Shown piece after piece: positions 1-11,872 of a stretch of DNA of 64,000 bases (position 1 is the stretch's first letter; the number at the start of each line of letters is the position of its first letter). A program made the position numbers and the translations under genes. The notes under the pieces are model-generated. The model was not told the origin of the DNA. It was given only the letters and a program-made list of their open reading frames with translations, and made no database searches. Source of the DNA: a virus (taxonomy: Duplodnaviria > Caudoviricetes); the IMG/VR virus record IMGVR_UViG_2595698832_000001, positions 1 to 64,000 of that record. One strand, written 5' to 3'.

Positions 1-784
1 ATGTATTTAAATAAAGAAACTAACGAATCTACGTATACAGCAAAAGAAATTAAATCTGATTATTTTACTAATAAATTACATAAAAATATTAAAGGCACTG
101 CTGGCTATGTTATATTCTTTGGTATATTCACAGCAGTTTGTTTAATATTTCAATGCTTAGATTATATCATAGATTATTATATACCAGGTTCGAGTATCTT
201 TAATAAAAACTTTCAAGTCCCAATGGAAACACTAACCACACTATATGCTACTCTATGTTGTGTATATGTGGGGGGTCGACAGAACAACTTCTGTTATTGC
301 CACTTTTAAAGGAACTAAAGATTCTGCTAATTATGGTAACCCAGAAAGAAATAGACATATTATAATACAGAACTTTTTTATATGTTCTTTGGCTTTAATT
401 CTTAATAGATTTTTTGATGCAAATCTAGGATTAGAACCTTTGTTAGTATCTTTTGGTGGGTCAATAATCTTATATGTTTCTGGCCAAAAAATTGTTTATC
501 AAGCTAGTAAGTTTGCACCAGAAAAAGATATTAATAAAAATGGGATAGACGATAGAATAGAAAATAATAAAGATTTGATTAATGTTTTAAATGAAGCAGT
601 TAAAAATGATAGACATTTTAAAGTATATTATATAGACCCAAGAGGTGTAGAATCTTTAGAGTTTGATTCTAATCCTAATGATAACACTCCTAGTATACCA
701 AATGAACCAGCAGTGCCTATTCCAATTGAGTCAATGGTAGAACCTATAAATCCAGAATCAAACTTAATGGAATCAAAGAGTTAA
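1..784 (+). CDS. Multi-pass membrane protein (holin-like possible), reconstructed across one frameshift
   Basis: ORFs 1-309 and 245-784 join (...CCVYVG|VDRTTSV...) if one G is removed from the G6 run at 270-275; several hydrophobic helices. Confidence 0.55.
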
Positions 785-2871
785 TCTTTTACCATTAACT
801 CTTTGAGTTCGTTTGCTTTTTCACTTACATTATAAATTTTATATTCAGAGCTGTGTTTAGAACTTAGTTTAGAACTAACTACTAAATCTGGATTGTCGTT
901 GATGTCCACAAGTTTTAAACCTTTATGAATTACAATTAATTTAAATAATCTTTTTAAACTCATTTGATTATAAACTTTATAATAATCATATATTGGAGCA
1001 ATTTGCTTAAAACCATAACCCCCTGAGTGAGAACCTCTCATATTAAATGGTTCACCAATAACTTGCAGTAAACCATTTTGAATTCTAAACGCACATATAT
1101 CTTTGAAATCTACATCAACATTGAATTGAAAAATAGCATCTTGGAGATTTATAACACCATCATTATTTTTAGTATCACCTGGTAGAACACCAACAATTAC
1201 ATCATATTCACTGAGTGAAACTTTGTTGTAACTATGAACATTTACATATACTTCTAAATCTGATTCAGGATCTAAAGTCAAAGTACAAAACTCTGCTGTA
1301 ATTAATGGATTTTTAGGATCAAAACTTCTTGAACTGGTCCAATCACCAGAGTGTATTTGAATCTTACCATCTATGCTAGTTTCAAGTTTTGTATAATCCA
1401 AAACATTCTTTAGTGAACCTGAACTATCTCTGAATAAACAAGATAAATCTAAGTCTAACGAACCTTTAGAATTATCCTTCCTTTTCCAAGCAACGAATAC
1501 TTGAAATTTAGAATCTATTCTAAGGCTGGATCCTTTTGGAAAGAATATATCAGTTTTTAAAGAATCTTTAGGTTTAATTGGAGGAACCATAGTTTCTAAA
1601 TCATCAGAAATTGCTATTCTTTTAGCTGAGCCAAAATCAATTAAATCTTTTTTAGATTGTAATAAAATTGAAAATAATTTACTTAAGACTTCCCAAAGAT
1701 TACCGCTTGGTTTTTTAGCTTCATCAAAATATAAAATATTTCCTTTGATATTAGACATACGAACTTTACCAGTTCTTTTATAATTAAGAACTAAATCCAA
1801 TAATTGTTTGAGTGTTTTAGGTCTATGATACAACAAAATACTAAAATCATTGTTATTAGTTTTAGCTGCTAAATTAAAAACATTTTTATAAGCTAAATTT
1901 ATATTATACTTATAAATTTCAATAAAAGCATTATTAAATTTTACTGGGTTATTTAGTAAAGTTCTGATTCTATAAGTACCCGTTTGTTTATAATCTCTTT
2001 TTAATATTTTGTTAAAAACATAGTTTGCAACTATTAGATTTTTATATCTTTTTTGTGTTGTAACAATTAAATACTGTATATTTTGCCAGAATTTCTTGTA
2101 TATTAACATTTCATTTAATATAGTTTCACGATCCAATTTTAATTCATTAATAGAATTCATAACAAAAGTTTTAATATATCTAGGTAAATTGAATTCTTTT
2201 GTGTAAATTCTATCTAATTTGTCTATATCTAAATCGTATTCAGATTTAATTAAGCATTTAGTAATAGTTCTGACCGCATTAACATTTTCTGGTTTGTATT
2301 TTTTTAGTAGAATTCCAGAGCTTCACTAGGATTTAAATTAGAAATCAAAGTTTCTAAAGCTAACTTATTTGGAATCTTATTTGGCATATATTTAAAACCA
2401 TATTTTATTATGATATCTTTTTCATTATCCGTAGGATTGAATTGAGATTCTAGGATGTTTTTTTGTAATTTTTTCAATTTCAGATTCTTGTATTAAATCT
2501 AATTCAACTAGTTCTTTGTTTGGTATTAGATCACTAAAATTAATACTTAGAGTATAATCGTGAGTATCTAAGTTAAAAATATATCTTAAGACATAGTGAT
2601 AGAATTGATCTTCATAATCTGAAATATCTCTTAATTTATGAGTATATTTTTTATAGAATGTTGTACCTGCAGCTAATACTATAGATTCTTCAAATGATTT
2701 AAGATCAGAATCTGAAGCATTATTAATAGCTTCTAACAATGTCTGGCTTGGTTTATAACCTTTTAAAAGCAACTTATAAAGAACTGAGTTTACATTTCTT
2801 TGCGATGGTTTTATATCTGATTTATCGATATAAACTTTGTTTACTGTTAAAAAATTTTTAAAATCTACCAT
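781..2871 (-). CDS. Large protein with C-terminal TerD-like domain (frameshifted)
   Basis: ORFs 2425-2871 and 781-2160 are collinear with coding-like sequence between them; motifs W..DLDLS, HSGDxT, AEF, VHSY are typical of TerD-like domains. Confidence 0.6.
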
Positions 2872-2910
2872 TATGTTTCCTTTGTCTAACCATTACTAGT
2901 CTTGTTTGAA

Positions 2911-3072
2911 TTAACCGCGGTTGTAAGATCTGTTTAATATATTATTGATCTTTTTTATTTCAACTTTAATATCAGATATGATATCTTTGTTACTTTCTGG
3001 GTCTTTGATCAAGATTGACAATCTTTGATTTAAAGAATCTCTGTAACTTTTTAAAACTTTGTCTTGTAACAT
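2911..3072 (-). CDS. Small hypothetical protein (53 aa, MLQDKVLKSY...)
   Basis: Read by hand: ATG at 3072 with AAGGAG RBS, TAA at 2911; lies downstream of an early-type promoter. Confidence 0.6.
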   Translation of the reverse strand: MLQDKVLKSYRDSLNQRLSILIKDPESNKDIISDIKVEIKKINNILNRSYNRG

Positions 3073-3093
3073 CTGAATCTCCTTTTTAATTTA

Positions 3094-3138
3094 TATAATT
3101 ATATAATAATAATCTTAAATTAAATTGAAGTTTCAGTA
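3094..3138 (-). promoter_or_regulatory. Early (sigma70-type) promoter
   Basis: TTTAAG...TATAAT on the minus strand; near-identical ~44 bp copy at 15061-15105. Confidence 0.6.
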
Positions 3139-3246
3139 TATTTTTTTTGTATATTTTTAGTAGAATTCAAATATATGTATAGAGGCTCAAAAACCGGCTT
3201 AAATCGATTTTAGATTTAAAGCAATATTTAAGTATATTTCAATGTA

Positions 3247-3966
3247 TTAAGTCGCTTGAGTCCTATCTATAGTTAAGAAATCTAAGCCTAAAGAAACCAT
3301 ATAAGCTTTATATTGATCGTAATTAAAGTCTTCGCCTTTAGGCCCTTTAAATCCGTGAGCATCGCCATATTTTTTACAAAATAATGCTGGATCCATATTA
3401 GGAACTACTGTAATATAATAATTTTGAGCTATAGTTCTTTGAACCTTAAGTCCACCAGAACCAGATTCACGAGTATTTTTAGAGCCAGAACTTGAGTTTG
3501 AACCCGAATTAGAATATTCCCAATAAGTAACTTCTACAGTAAAAGGAAATGTTAGTATATTATTATCCCTATAATATCCAGCAATACCTTTAGTTCCCCA
3601 GGATTTGCCAGTATAGTGCATATCTTGATTTTTAATATCTTCTATAGTAGCTTTTTCTTCATAATTAGTATCCTTAAATTCAGTCCCATCCAACTTAAAA
3701 CCACTCCAAAGATATGTAATCATTTTTGGGTGATACAAATCAACATCATCTGGCAGACCAGAAAGAGTTAAAGAAGTGGGTGTCCAAGTTTTCTTTAGGC
3801 CTTTAGGGACGTGTTCTACACCTTCATCAACTATTCTAGCAGATATAAACTCTTCATTAGTTTCAAAAGACCAAACTATCGTTTGGCTATAATTTTGAAC
3901 ATTTCTAAGGTTCTTAGAATTTAAAGAATTAAGTAAATTCCCTGCGGGAGTAACGAACTTAGCCAT
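3247..3966 (-). CDS. Hypothetical protein, likely late/virion
   Basis: 239 aa ORF preceded by T4-type late promoter TATAAATA (3990-3997). Confidence 0.6.
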   Translation of the reverse strand: MAKFVTPAGNLLNSLNSKNLRNVQNYSQTIVWSFETNEEFISARIVDEGVEHVPKGLKKTWTPTSLTLSGLPDDVDLYHPKMITYLWSGFKLDGTEFKDTNYEEKATIEDIKNQDMHYTGKSWGTKGIAGYYRDNNILTFPFTVEVTYWEYSNSGSNSSSGSKNTRESGSGGLKVQRTIAQNYYITVVPNMDPALFCKKYGDAHGFKGPKGEDFNYDQYKAYMVSLGLDFLTIDRTQAT

Positions 3967-4144
3967 TCAAAGCCTCATTTAATTTCAATTATTTATAGCA
4001 GCTATCTGCTTGTAATGTGCGAACTATTATTTAGCCATCTTATCACAGGTTTTACCTTTCATTTTTATCCTTTGGGATATTATATTATAAAATATCTTAA
4101 AGGCTTCTTATATAGATTCAAATAAATAACATAAAAGGTTCATT

Positions 4145-5897
4145 ATGAAAGATTTAGCTCTTGGTGCTTATACCCAAAAAGATTTAACCAAAAAAGTCAA
4201 TACTATTGGTGATGTAACAACATTAAAAACCGAAGCAAAAACTACAGCAGTAGGAGCTATAAATGAACTTAAAGATAATTATGAAAAAATTAAAAATTCT
4301 ATAGATACCAATACCGCTAATTTCTTAATAGATCAAAAATTAGATCCGGTTAAAGAAGATGTTAAAGCTTTGCATACACAAGTTGATAATTATTCTATAA
4401 ACTATAAGCAATCAAATGATCCCACACCTTCTATAAATCCTACAATCGATAGTGCAACTTTTTTTAAATACAGCTACTGGAGTTATTTGGACTTGTATAG
4501 ATAAAACAAAAAATAAAAATCGCTGGATAAACGGAAACGGAGAAGTTGCTGGTGCACTTCCAAGTAATCCAAATCTTGGTGATATTGGTTTTGGAGTGGG
4601 TATTGCACCTAAAGAAATTACTAACAAATATAATATGTATCCTATGCTAGGAACTTTTACTCCTGGTCATATGAATTATGGAAATTATACTGATATCCGC
4701 GGTAATGTTATGGTTTGGATACCTAAACTTTATATTAAGACTTCAAATGTAGACGCTGCACCATATTACGGATTAAAAGTTGAAGTTTCCGCTACTCAAG
4801 AAGAAGGTTTTTGGTGCCATAGAGCATTTATTAATAATGGTAAAGAAATTCCAGGTTTTTTTATAGACAAATATCTAGCATCTAACCAAGGGGGTATTTT
4901 AGGTTCTAGGTGTAATACAGTGCCTTTAACCTGTGATTCTAAATTTAACTCTGTAGCTTTAATCTCAGGAGTTTCTGCAAAGGTTGCTTTGGGTAATAAA
5001 ATTACAGAAGATTCTGATTTAGATTCTGATGATTTAAAATCTATTAAGAATAGAAATTCAAGCTTCTTAGAAGCTGTTAAAAATAGAGGCCCTGAATTTC
5101 AAGTATTAACTATATTTGCTTATAATTATTTGATTTTGTTGTCTAAATGTATATATCAAAATGCTTATAATACAAATAATTTCAATAATATTGAGTTTGC
5201 TAAATCAAGAACAGATAGATTTGCATTTATTCAAGGTATGAATACTATGCAAAGTGTGCAAAGAGATATTCAAGCTATTCATAATTTAGATTATAAAACT
5301 GCTGGGTATACGGATGGTACTAACGCGTTGTATAGAACAGGTAGTGTTTCAGATTCTAAAATGGGTAAAATTAGTCATAATGGTCACGCGTGTGGGGTTG
5401 TTGATTTAGTAGGCGGGTTATTTAATCTGGCTATAGGCGCTATGTATGGTTATATATTAGATAGAAGTTATTTTGGTGTTATCAAAGAAAGCACTAATAT
5501 AACAGATTTAGATTTAGAATCTTTAGTAGATACTAATAATTATGATGAAACTACATTACCAGCAGAGATTATAACTTATATAAACAGTGACTCTGATAGC
5601 CCATTAGGTTATTTTAAGGATGTTGGTGCCAAGTACAATAACACAAATGTAAGAACAACTTCTGAGTATAAAATAGATTCTTGCGGTATTCCAAAATGGA
5701 GTGTTTTACAAGATGCTACCGTAGACACCACAAGACAAACTTTTCAATGGAGAGGAAATCCAACGTATAAAGATACTTTAACATTTCCTATAGTAGGTTC
5801 AAGTTTTAAAGATAGTTTTTATTCAAGTATTCAATTCCAAAAAGATACACAAGGTGTTGAATTTGGAACTCGCTGCATATTATTACCCGAAATTTAA
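4145..5897 (+). CDS. Tail fibre / virion structural-type protein (frameshifted)
   Basis: ORFs 4145-4504 and 4452-5897 join (DSATF|LNTATG) at the T7 run near 4459-4465; IGDVTTLKTEAKTTAVGAINEL fibre motif; GNVMVWIPKLY/HRAF/IDKY motifs. Confidence 0.6.
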
Positions 5898-5947
5898 AAC
5901 TTAAAAATTTAAATTTAAAATATAATATTATATAATATATAAGAATT

Positions 5948-5983
5948 AAAAATTCGAGTTTAAAAAAATTAAACTCGAGTTTT
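5948..5983. terminator. Bidirectional intrinsic terminator
   Basis: Imperfect inverted repeat aaaaattcgagttt...aaactcgagttttt between convergent genes. Confidence 0.5.
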
Positions 5984-6028
5984 TAGTAATTAAATCATTA
6001 ATTTCATTATAATACTCCTTACGTTTGA

Positions 6029-7546
6029 TTAGATTTTGATCTCGCAAATCCAAAAATCTTTATAATTTATTATAGAACCTATACAAATACCCACTAATGG
6101 TAAATCTAATTCAGTTTCACTTGCAATACCCAACCCATTAGAATCAGCATAGATATAATCACCTATACTAGGTTTATTTTTGCAATAAACTGGAGTTCTA
6201 CCTTTCAATGCAATTGGAACACCATCACATTCATTATTCAGAATTACACCAGGATTTTTTGAAACAACACCAAATAATTTCATACCTGGGTTAAATAAAT
6301 TTACACCACAAGCATCTATGCCTAATATATGACCTGCTTTTATATTCGATTTAATAGATTCTGGAACTTCATAATACTCAGCTAAGTCAGCATATTTAGC
6401 TTGCAAAGCAGTTCCTTGAAAATTAACAGCATATATATTAGACCATCTTAAAGCTGTAGATCCTAAACTAAATTTATTATCTTGAGTAGGGGTATCACTG
6501 GTTGAACGTCTCAAGAAATCTTTAGAATCTAATCCATCTAATTTATCAGCATCTATTTTACCCAAAGATCCTGGTACTTTTTGAAGTAATAAAGCAATTT
6601 CTTCTGGTGTAAATCTACTTGCTGGTAAGAAATAACCTGCGTGTTGACCATCTAATGTATCAGCATCAACTCCAGATAAATGCCCATCCACTTCTTTAAT
6701 TTTATTGAGAAATTCAGCATTCCAATAATCGTAAGTAACTCTTTTTTTCAGATCAGAATCTATGCGATTTAAATAATCTCTTAATCCTTTAATAGAATCA
6801 ATACCCAAAGATTCAATCATATCTCTATTTGTTTTAATCCAGTTAACAATTTCCTGAAGTTCATCTAAGTTTATGTCATTTGAAGTTAAAATTGTGTTAA
6901 TATGATCTATTAATCCTTTAAGAACCTTACCTTGGTAAGCACTTAATGGTAATCTGCGATTATCAGATTCTAAACTATCAACGACAGATTCTTCAGTCAA
7001 TGCTATTCTAACAAAATCATCAAACTCTTGTTTAGAGCAGAAATAATCTTTGTGTTCACCATCAAGTCTATCAGCATTTGTAACAGTTTCATTATCAAAC
7101 CAATGTTTTAGACGATCTTCAACGTGTTTAACGGTTGTTGGGTGAAAAGTATTAGATTCTTCATAATCTTGCATTGAACTAGGATCATAAGGATCTTGAT
7201 TGTCTTTAGCTAGGTAATTACTGGCGGGAAATTCAGTATATTCTTGATATTTTGTAACGACCCAAAAACTAGGTTCCTCACTAGGAACTTTATTAACACA
7301 TTCTTGCACACATTTATAATCTACTTCATTATATCTTACAATTTCATTAACTTCGTAGTTCTCGGATTGATTCCACTCTAGTGGTGCTTTTCCGTTCACC
7401 ATTTGAAATTTGTTATAGATATCAGTTGTCTCTTTTTTAAGACGAACTTGAAATAGATTTATAGTATCTTCAGTAGGTACCATACCGTGTTTAATAGCAT
7501 AATCAGTATAAAAGGTTTTTTGATTTTTGTGTGTAAAAGCCATCAC
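6029..7546 (-). CDS. Tail fibre/spike protein with CBM5/12-like module and C-terminal peptidase G2 (IMC)-like chaperone domain
   Basis: WNQSENYEVNEIVRYNEVDYKC..PSFW module; repeated DADxLDG motifs; YADLAEYY...GVVSKNPG...IALKGRTPV C-terminus. Confidence 0.7.
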   Translation of the reverse strand: MMAFTHKNQKTFYTDYAIKHGMVPTEDTINLFQVRLKKETTDIYNKFQMVNGKAPLEWNQSENYEVNEIVRYNEVDYKCVQECVNKVPSEEPSFWVVTKYQEYTEFPASNYLAKDNQDPYDPSSMQDYEESNTFHPTTVKHVEDRLKHWFDNETVTNADRLDGEHKDYFCSKQEFDDFVRIALTEESVVDSLESDNRRLPLSAYQGKVLKGLIDHINTILTSNDINLDELQEIVNWIKTNRDMIESLGIDSIKGLRDYLNRIDSDLKKRVTYDYWNAEFLNKIKEVDGHLSGVDADTLDGQHAGYFLPASRFTPEEIALLLQKVPGSLGKIDADKLDGLDSKDFLRRSTSDTPTQDNKFSLGSTALRWSNIYAVNFQGTALQAKYADLAEYYEVPESIKSNIKAGHILGIDACGVNLFNPGMKLFGVVSKNPGVILNNECDGVPIALKGRTPVYCKNKPSIGDYIYADSNGLGIASETELDLPLVGICIGSIINYKDFWICEIKI

Positions 7547-7621
7547 AATCCTTGCTTTTTGTATATTTATTTATGAATTGTGGTTAATAAGCCTTTAGTA
7601 TTTACCCAAAGGCTTAAGTTA

Positions 7622-8051
7622 TTAGAATGTGTATGTATTTTTAGTTTCTTTAATAGATTCTAACGAAAAGGTTATAATGCCATTTCTAGCTTTAAATGAA
7701 TTTTGTTTAAGTTTAAAGTTATTAACAGAATCCAAACTAACTCTGATTGTATTATAACCAGTTATAAAAAATGATTTAGCATCATCTATAACTTTATATC
7801 TAACTACAATTTCATCAGGTTTAAAGTCTAATTCAATTGTTTTAGAACCATCTTCTTGGACTCCTGGTGCCAATACAACAACATCAATTCCCGAACTAGT
7901 TTCAGTTGTTAAATACGAAGTAACTGATGATGGATATGTTTCCATTGTTTCTGAAACATTTTTTAATAAATCTTGAAGTATTTTTGTTATTAAATGATAT
8001 GCTAGGCATATCTAAGAATGGTGATCTAAGAAAATTGCTTAATTCTAACAT
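7622..8051 (-). CDS. Small heat-shock protein (Hsp20-like), frameshifted
   Basis: VVVLAPGV...FKARNGIITFSL alpha-crystallin-like motifs; upstream ATG at 8051 with RBS is out of frame near the homopolymer at ~7985. Confidence 0.6.
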
Positions 8052-8144
8052 ATAATTCCTTTTTGTTTTAATTATATTATATTTTTACTTAAATAATTCT
8101 TAAATCTTAGAGCTTTTAATGTTTAAATTAAAGTTTAAAAGTTA

Positions 8145-10617
8145 TTACCATTCTAACTCATCATCACCTGGTTCTATAGTTCCTGGTAAAAAATCCCTTG
8201 TATACATAATATCTTCGTATTCTTCGCGTATTATTTGAAAATCATTATAATTAGTTCTAGCTTCACCCAAGGTATTTATGTATGTAGATTTATTATCATA
8301 TATAGTTAAGATTTCTCCGGTTAAATCTTTTCCTATCAACACACCATTTGAGAATAATTTATTACCTTCATAATCAGTGGATTTTAAAGTCGTTGACCAG
8401 ACTTGAGCTGCGTTAGAACCAGTAACAGTTGTTTCCACTGCTGTCATATTACCATAGAATTCTAAAAATATATTTTCAGGTATGGTTAATGTTATTATAT
8501 TTCCAGATATTTCATAACTAGCTTCAAAATATGAATAATCATCAGTATCGTCAGGTAAATCAAATTCTTGCGTGGTTACAATTTTTTGAAAAGTTTCTGG
8601 ATCTGTTTTATTAGCTCTTGATAGATAATTACCAAAACTTGAATCTTTTTCTATAGTTACCATAATTTTTGACAAATCGTCGGTCATAAAACTTGGGTAC
8701 CCATATATAAACACAGCTTTTTTAGTATTAGCATTTACTGCTATAATTTTAGCTATTTGAATTTTATTCTTAGGACTTCCAATTAAAAATGATGCTTCCG
8801 CAATATCACTAAAAGTTAATTTAATAACCTGATTAGTAACAACGTCGTATGTAGGTGCATTAGATATTGTTTCTAAGTTATCAAAATTATCATTGATATA
8901 CTTAAGATTTTTATATTTTGCTTCCCAGTAATTATAAGTATTTGGTTTTTTATATGAACCTTTGAAAGAGTCTTTTGAAATTGATATAATTGACCATAAA
9001 GATTGTCGTTTTCTTTCAACTTTACAATAAAAATTATCTTGCCATTTTGCTTCATTTGCTATGCTTGATAAGCGAGTAATGTTATCATTAATAGTTTTAA
9101 CCTCAGCAGCTAACTCATCTTTTGAAACTTTGTTTGCTATATCCTTTGAAACTTGATTTTGAATAGTATCTAATGATTTTGTTATAGAATCTACAACACC
9201 TTGTATGCTATCAATATTTTGATTGATTTGGTTTTTGAAATCTTCAATAGTCTTTTGTATTTCAGACATATCAAAATTATTAATAATAACTTCAAATTCT
9301 TCTATTTTTTTAGTATGTATTGGTTTCTAATTGTTCTATCTTGCTTGTTAAATCTTGTTGAACTTTTTGGAGATTTTCTGTTATAGCATCCAAATCAATA
9401 CCATCTAAAGAGCCTTGTAATCTTGCGATTTGTTCATTAATACTCTGTATAGTTTCAGTGAAATTTAAATCTCTGATTGCTTGGTTTATTTTAGAATCTA
9501 CACCTGATTGCGTTTCAAATAATTTAATTTGTGAATTAATAGAATTTAAAGAATCTTGTATTTCTATTAACTTAGCATTATAATTTGTATTTAATACAAA
9601 ATCACTAGCTGGGTGTGATTCTAATAATGCTGAATTTGGTGCAACATATGTAGAATCATCCCTATTTAATTTAGAATCTAAAGCAGCTTGCAAGCCTTTG
9701 ATATTAGCAATTGTTAAATCATCAAATTTTTCGCGGTTTTCTTCTATATAATTAATAATATCTTGAAGATTTTTAAAATCATCATCTGTAATATTAATTA
9801 CTTTCTTTATTTCGTCTATTATACCTTTAAGAACTTTGCCTTGATTAGCACTTAAAGCATCTTTAGTAGAATCTGATTCTAAATTATCTTGTATGTTTAT
9901 ATGTAAATCTATTTTAGCTTGTTCAATTAATGCTCTGAGTTCAGAATCATCATATAAAGTATCTTGAGTTTCTATGCTTTCACTCGAGCCGTCAGCTCTT
10001 CTTAAGGTTATTGTTCTACCATTGGCAGTAAGAGCTTGTGTGCTTGGTAAAACTCTGGAATTAGTATTAAAAGTATCTATGAAATTCTTATAATATGAAT
10101 TAAAGTTAAATTCTGAAAGCTCACCATCTTTAATAGTATAAGTAGTATCTGTAAAAACTGGGTCTTTCCCACCGGCTTGCTTTCTAGCATCATCCCAAGA
10201 AATTTTCTTATTTAACTCAAATTGAGTCAAGTTAGAAATTGGCTTGTCGATGTCGGCAGTGTTATCAACGTTTTCTAAACCAAGCGTTTTCTTTGTTATA
10301 TTGTGTGGGTTTTCAGCTGTATAATGTCTTTGAAATTCTAATTTTGTAGAATTAGAAATTGGCTTGTCAATGTCAGCAGTGTTATCAACGTTTTCAAGAC
10401 CTACGTCTTTTTTGTTTAATTCAACGTCACCTTGTTTACCCGCAACCGTGTTAACAACACCTTGGATAGGAGTCCATTGTATTTCATCATTTACAAGCAT
10501 ACCAATTTCATTTGTATCGATAGCAAGAACGATTTCACCTTGTGTTGGTTTTGCGTCATTTACAAAATGTTTTTTAAGATTACGTCTTAATAAAATACCA
10601 GTTTTTATTTCAGCCAT
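8145..10617 (-). CDS. Tail fibre-like protein (~820 aa; frameshift near 9314)
   Basis: ORFs 9310-10617 and 8145-9269 join after a 1-nt removal; VNTVAGKQGDV, duplicated GLENVDNTADIDKPIS and ALSANQGKVLK fibre motifs; coiled coil. Confidence 0.7.
10232..10395. repeat. Internal 44-bp direct repeat encoding ENVDNTADIDKPISN twice
   Basis: 10232-10275 vs 10352-10395, two mismatches. Confidence 0.8.
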
Positions 10618-10672
10618 TTAACCCTACTTTTTGTATATTTATTGCTGAGTCAAGCTATTTTAGTTCAAGCTT

Positions 10673-11833
10673 TTAAGCTTTAGCTTTAGAACCTTTAACA
10701 ACATAATATCTATCTATATCTGCTTCTAATCCTGGATGTCTTAAACGTAATTCTTTTAAGAAATAATTATAAGCAGTTAATTTAACTTGTCTATCTAATT
10801 TCAAATCATTTGGCTCTATGAATTGTGCTGGCATTCCAAAAATGATATCAAAGAATCTTTCTTGTGTTAATTTAATAGTTTTTTCATCGCAGTATTTTTT
10901 CATTAATTTAACAACACCAATAAAACTATGCAAATCTTTTATTCCCACGTTTGATTTAAACATATATTTAAATATTTCTTTTAAATCTGTTATAAATTCT
11001 GAATCACTAGTATCTTGTTCTTGATATACTTGTTTACCTTCGTAATAAACGGGTTCACCTTTATCTAACATAGGAACCAAACCAAATCTTAAACCCCGGG
11101 TAACACTGAATTGAGCCATTCTAGGTGTGCTTTTATCTGCTTTTAATTTGATATTGTCAGGTTTAGAACTCTTAGTAGCTACAACTATATTTGGATTTGC
11201 TGAAATAGCTCCTACTAACGCTCTTAATAATAACTTATGTGCAAATGCTTTTATAGATTCTTTGGCATCCTCGAAACTTGAGCCGTGGCTAAATCTCGCA
11301 AATTCCGTTGGTTTTCCATCTTTAAAGTCGGCATTTTCAAAATCTATTTGACAAGCTATGTTTTCGGGTTTATACACGAATATTGTTAATAATTGATCTC
11401 CTAATTTTTCACGATTTTGTGAAAAACAACCGTGATATTCAAAATTACCTATTGTTTTACCTTCTAAAGAATCTAATAAATCCCATAGTTTTTCTTGGTG
11501 TTCAGCAGGTATAACAATATCAATATCACCGGAACTTTGTTTATATTTAAAGATTTCTTTTGGATCCATTTTAGGGTTCATAATATAACTCGTGGAACCA
11601 TTAAAAACAAGACCTTTTTTAATCAAAGAATCATTAGCCCAAAGTTTTTCTTTGTATTTGTTTAAAAACAATCTATTAAGACTTGTGAATAAATCTATGA
11701 ATTCAGCTCTAAAAGATTCTATTGACAATCTATTAAAATCTATTTTTTCAGCACTTTTAGATTCACCCGTTTTTTTATTGATTGTTGTGGTATTGCCACC
11801 TTCTAAAATAAGTATTAATTCAGATAATTTCAT
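10673..11833 (-). CDS. Pol-beta superfamily nucleotidyltransferase-like protein
   Basis: GS..SSGDIDIV...QIDF catalytic-type motif; N-terminus MKLSELILILEGG. Confidence 0.55.
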   Translation of the reverse strand: MKLSELILILEGGNTTTINKKTGESKSAEKIDFNRLSIESFRAEFIDLFTSLNRLFLNKYKEKLWANDSLIKKGLVFNGSTSYIMNPKMDPKEIFKYKQSSGDIDIVIPAEHQEKLWDLLDSLEGKTIGNFEYHGCFSQNREKLGDQLLTIFVYKPENIACQIDFENADFKDGKPTEFARFSHGSSFEDAKESIKAFAHKLLLRALVGAISANPNIVVATKSSKPDNIKLKADKSTPRMAQFSVTRGLRFGLVPMLDKGEPVYYEGKQVYQEQDTSDSEFITDLKEIFKYMFKSNVGIKDLHSFIGVVKLMKKYCDEKTIKLTQERFFDIIFGMPAQFIEPNDLKLDRQVKLTAYNYFLKELRLRHPGLEADIDRYYVVKGSKAKA

Positions 11834-11872
11834 TAGTTCATACTTTTAGTTTATTTATTGTGTGTTTAAATT

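Noticed and set aside
270-275. G6 tract, and the G6 at 16841-16846, as phase-variation switches
   Set aside because: The tracts are shorter than typical Campylobacter phase-variable polyG runs and cannot be told apart from the background indel errors without reads.
4027-4062. Tiny Cys-containing ORF with an RBS as a RiPP precursor
   Set aside because: Only 11 codons as read, far from the rSAM cluster, and with no leader/core pattern.
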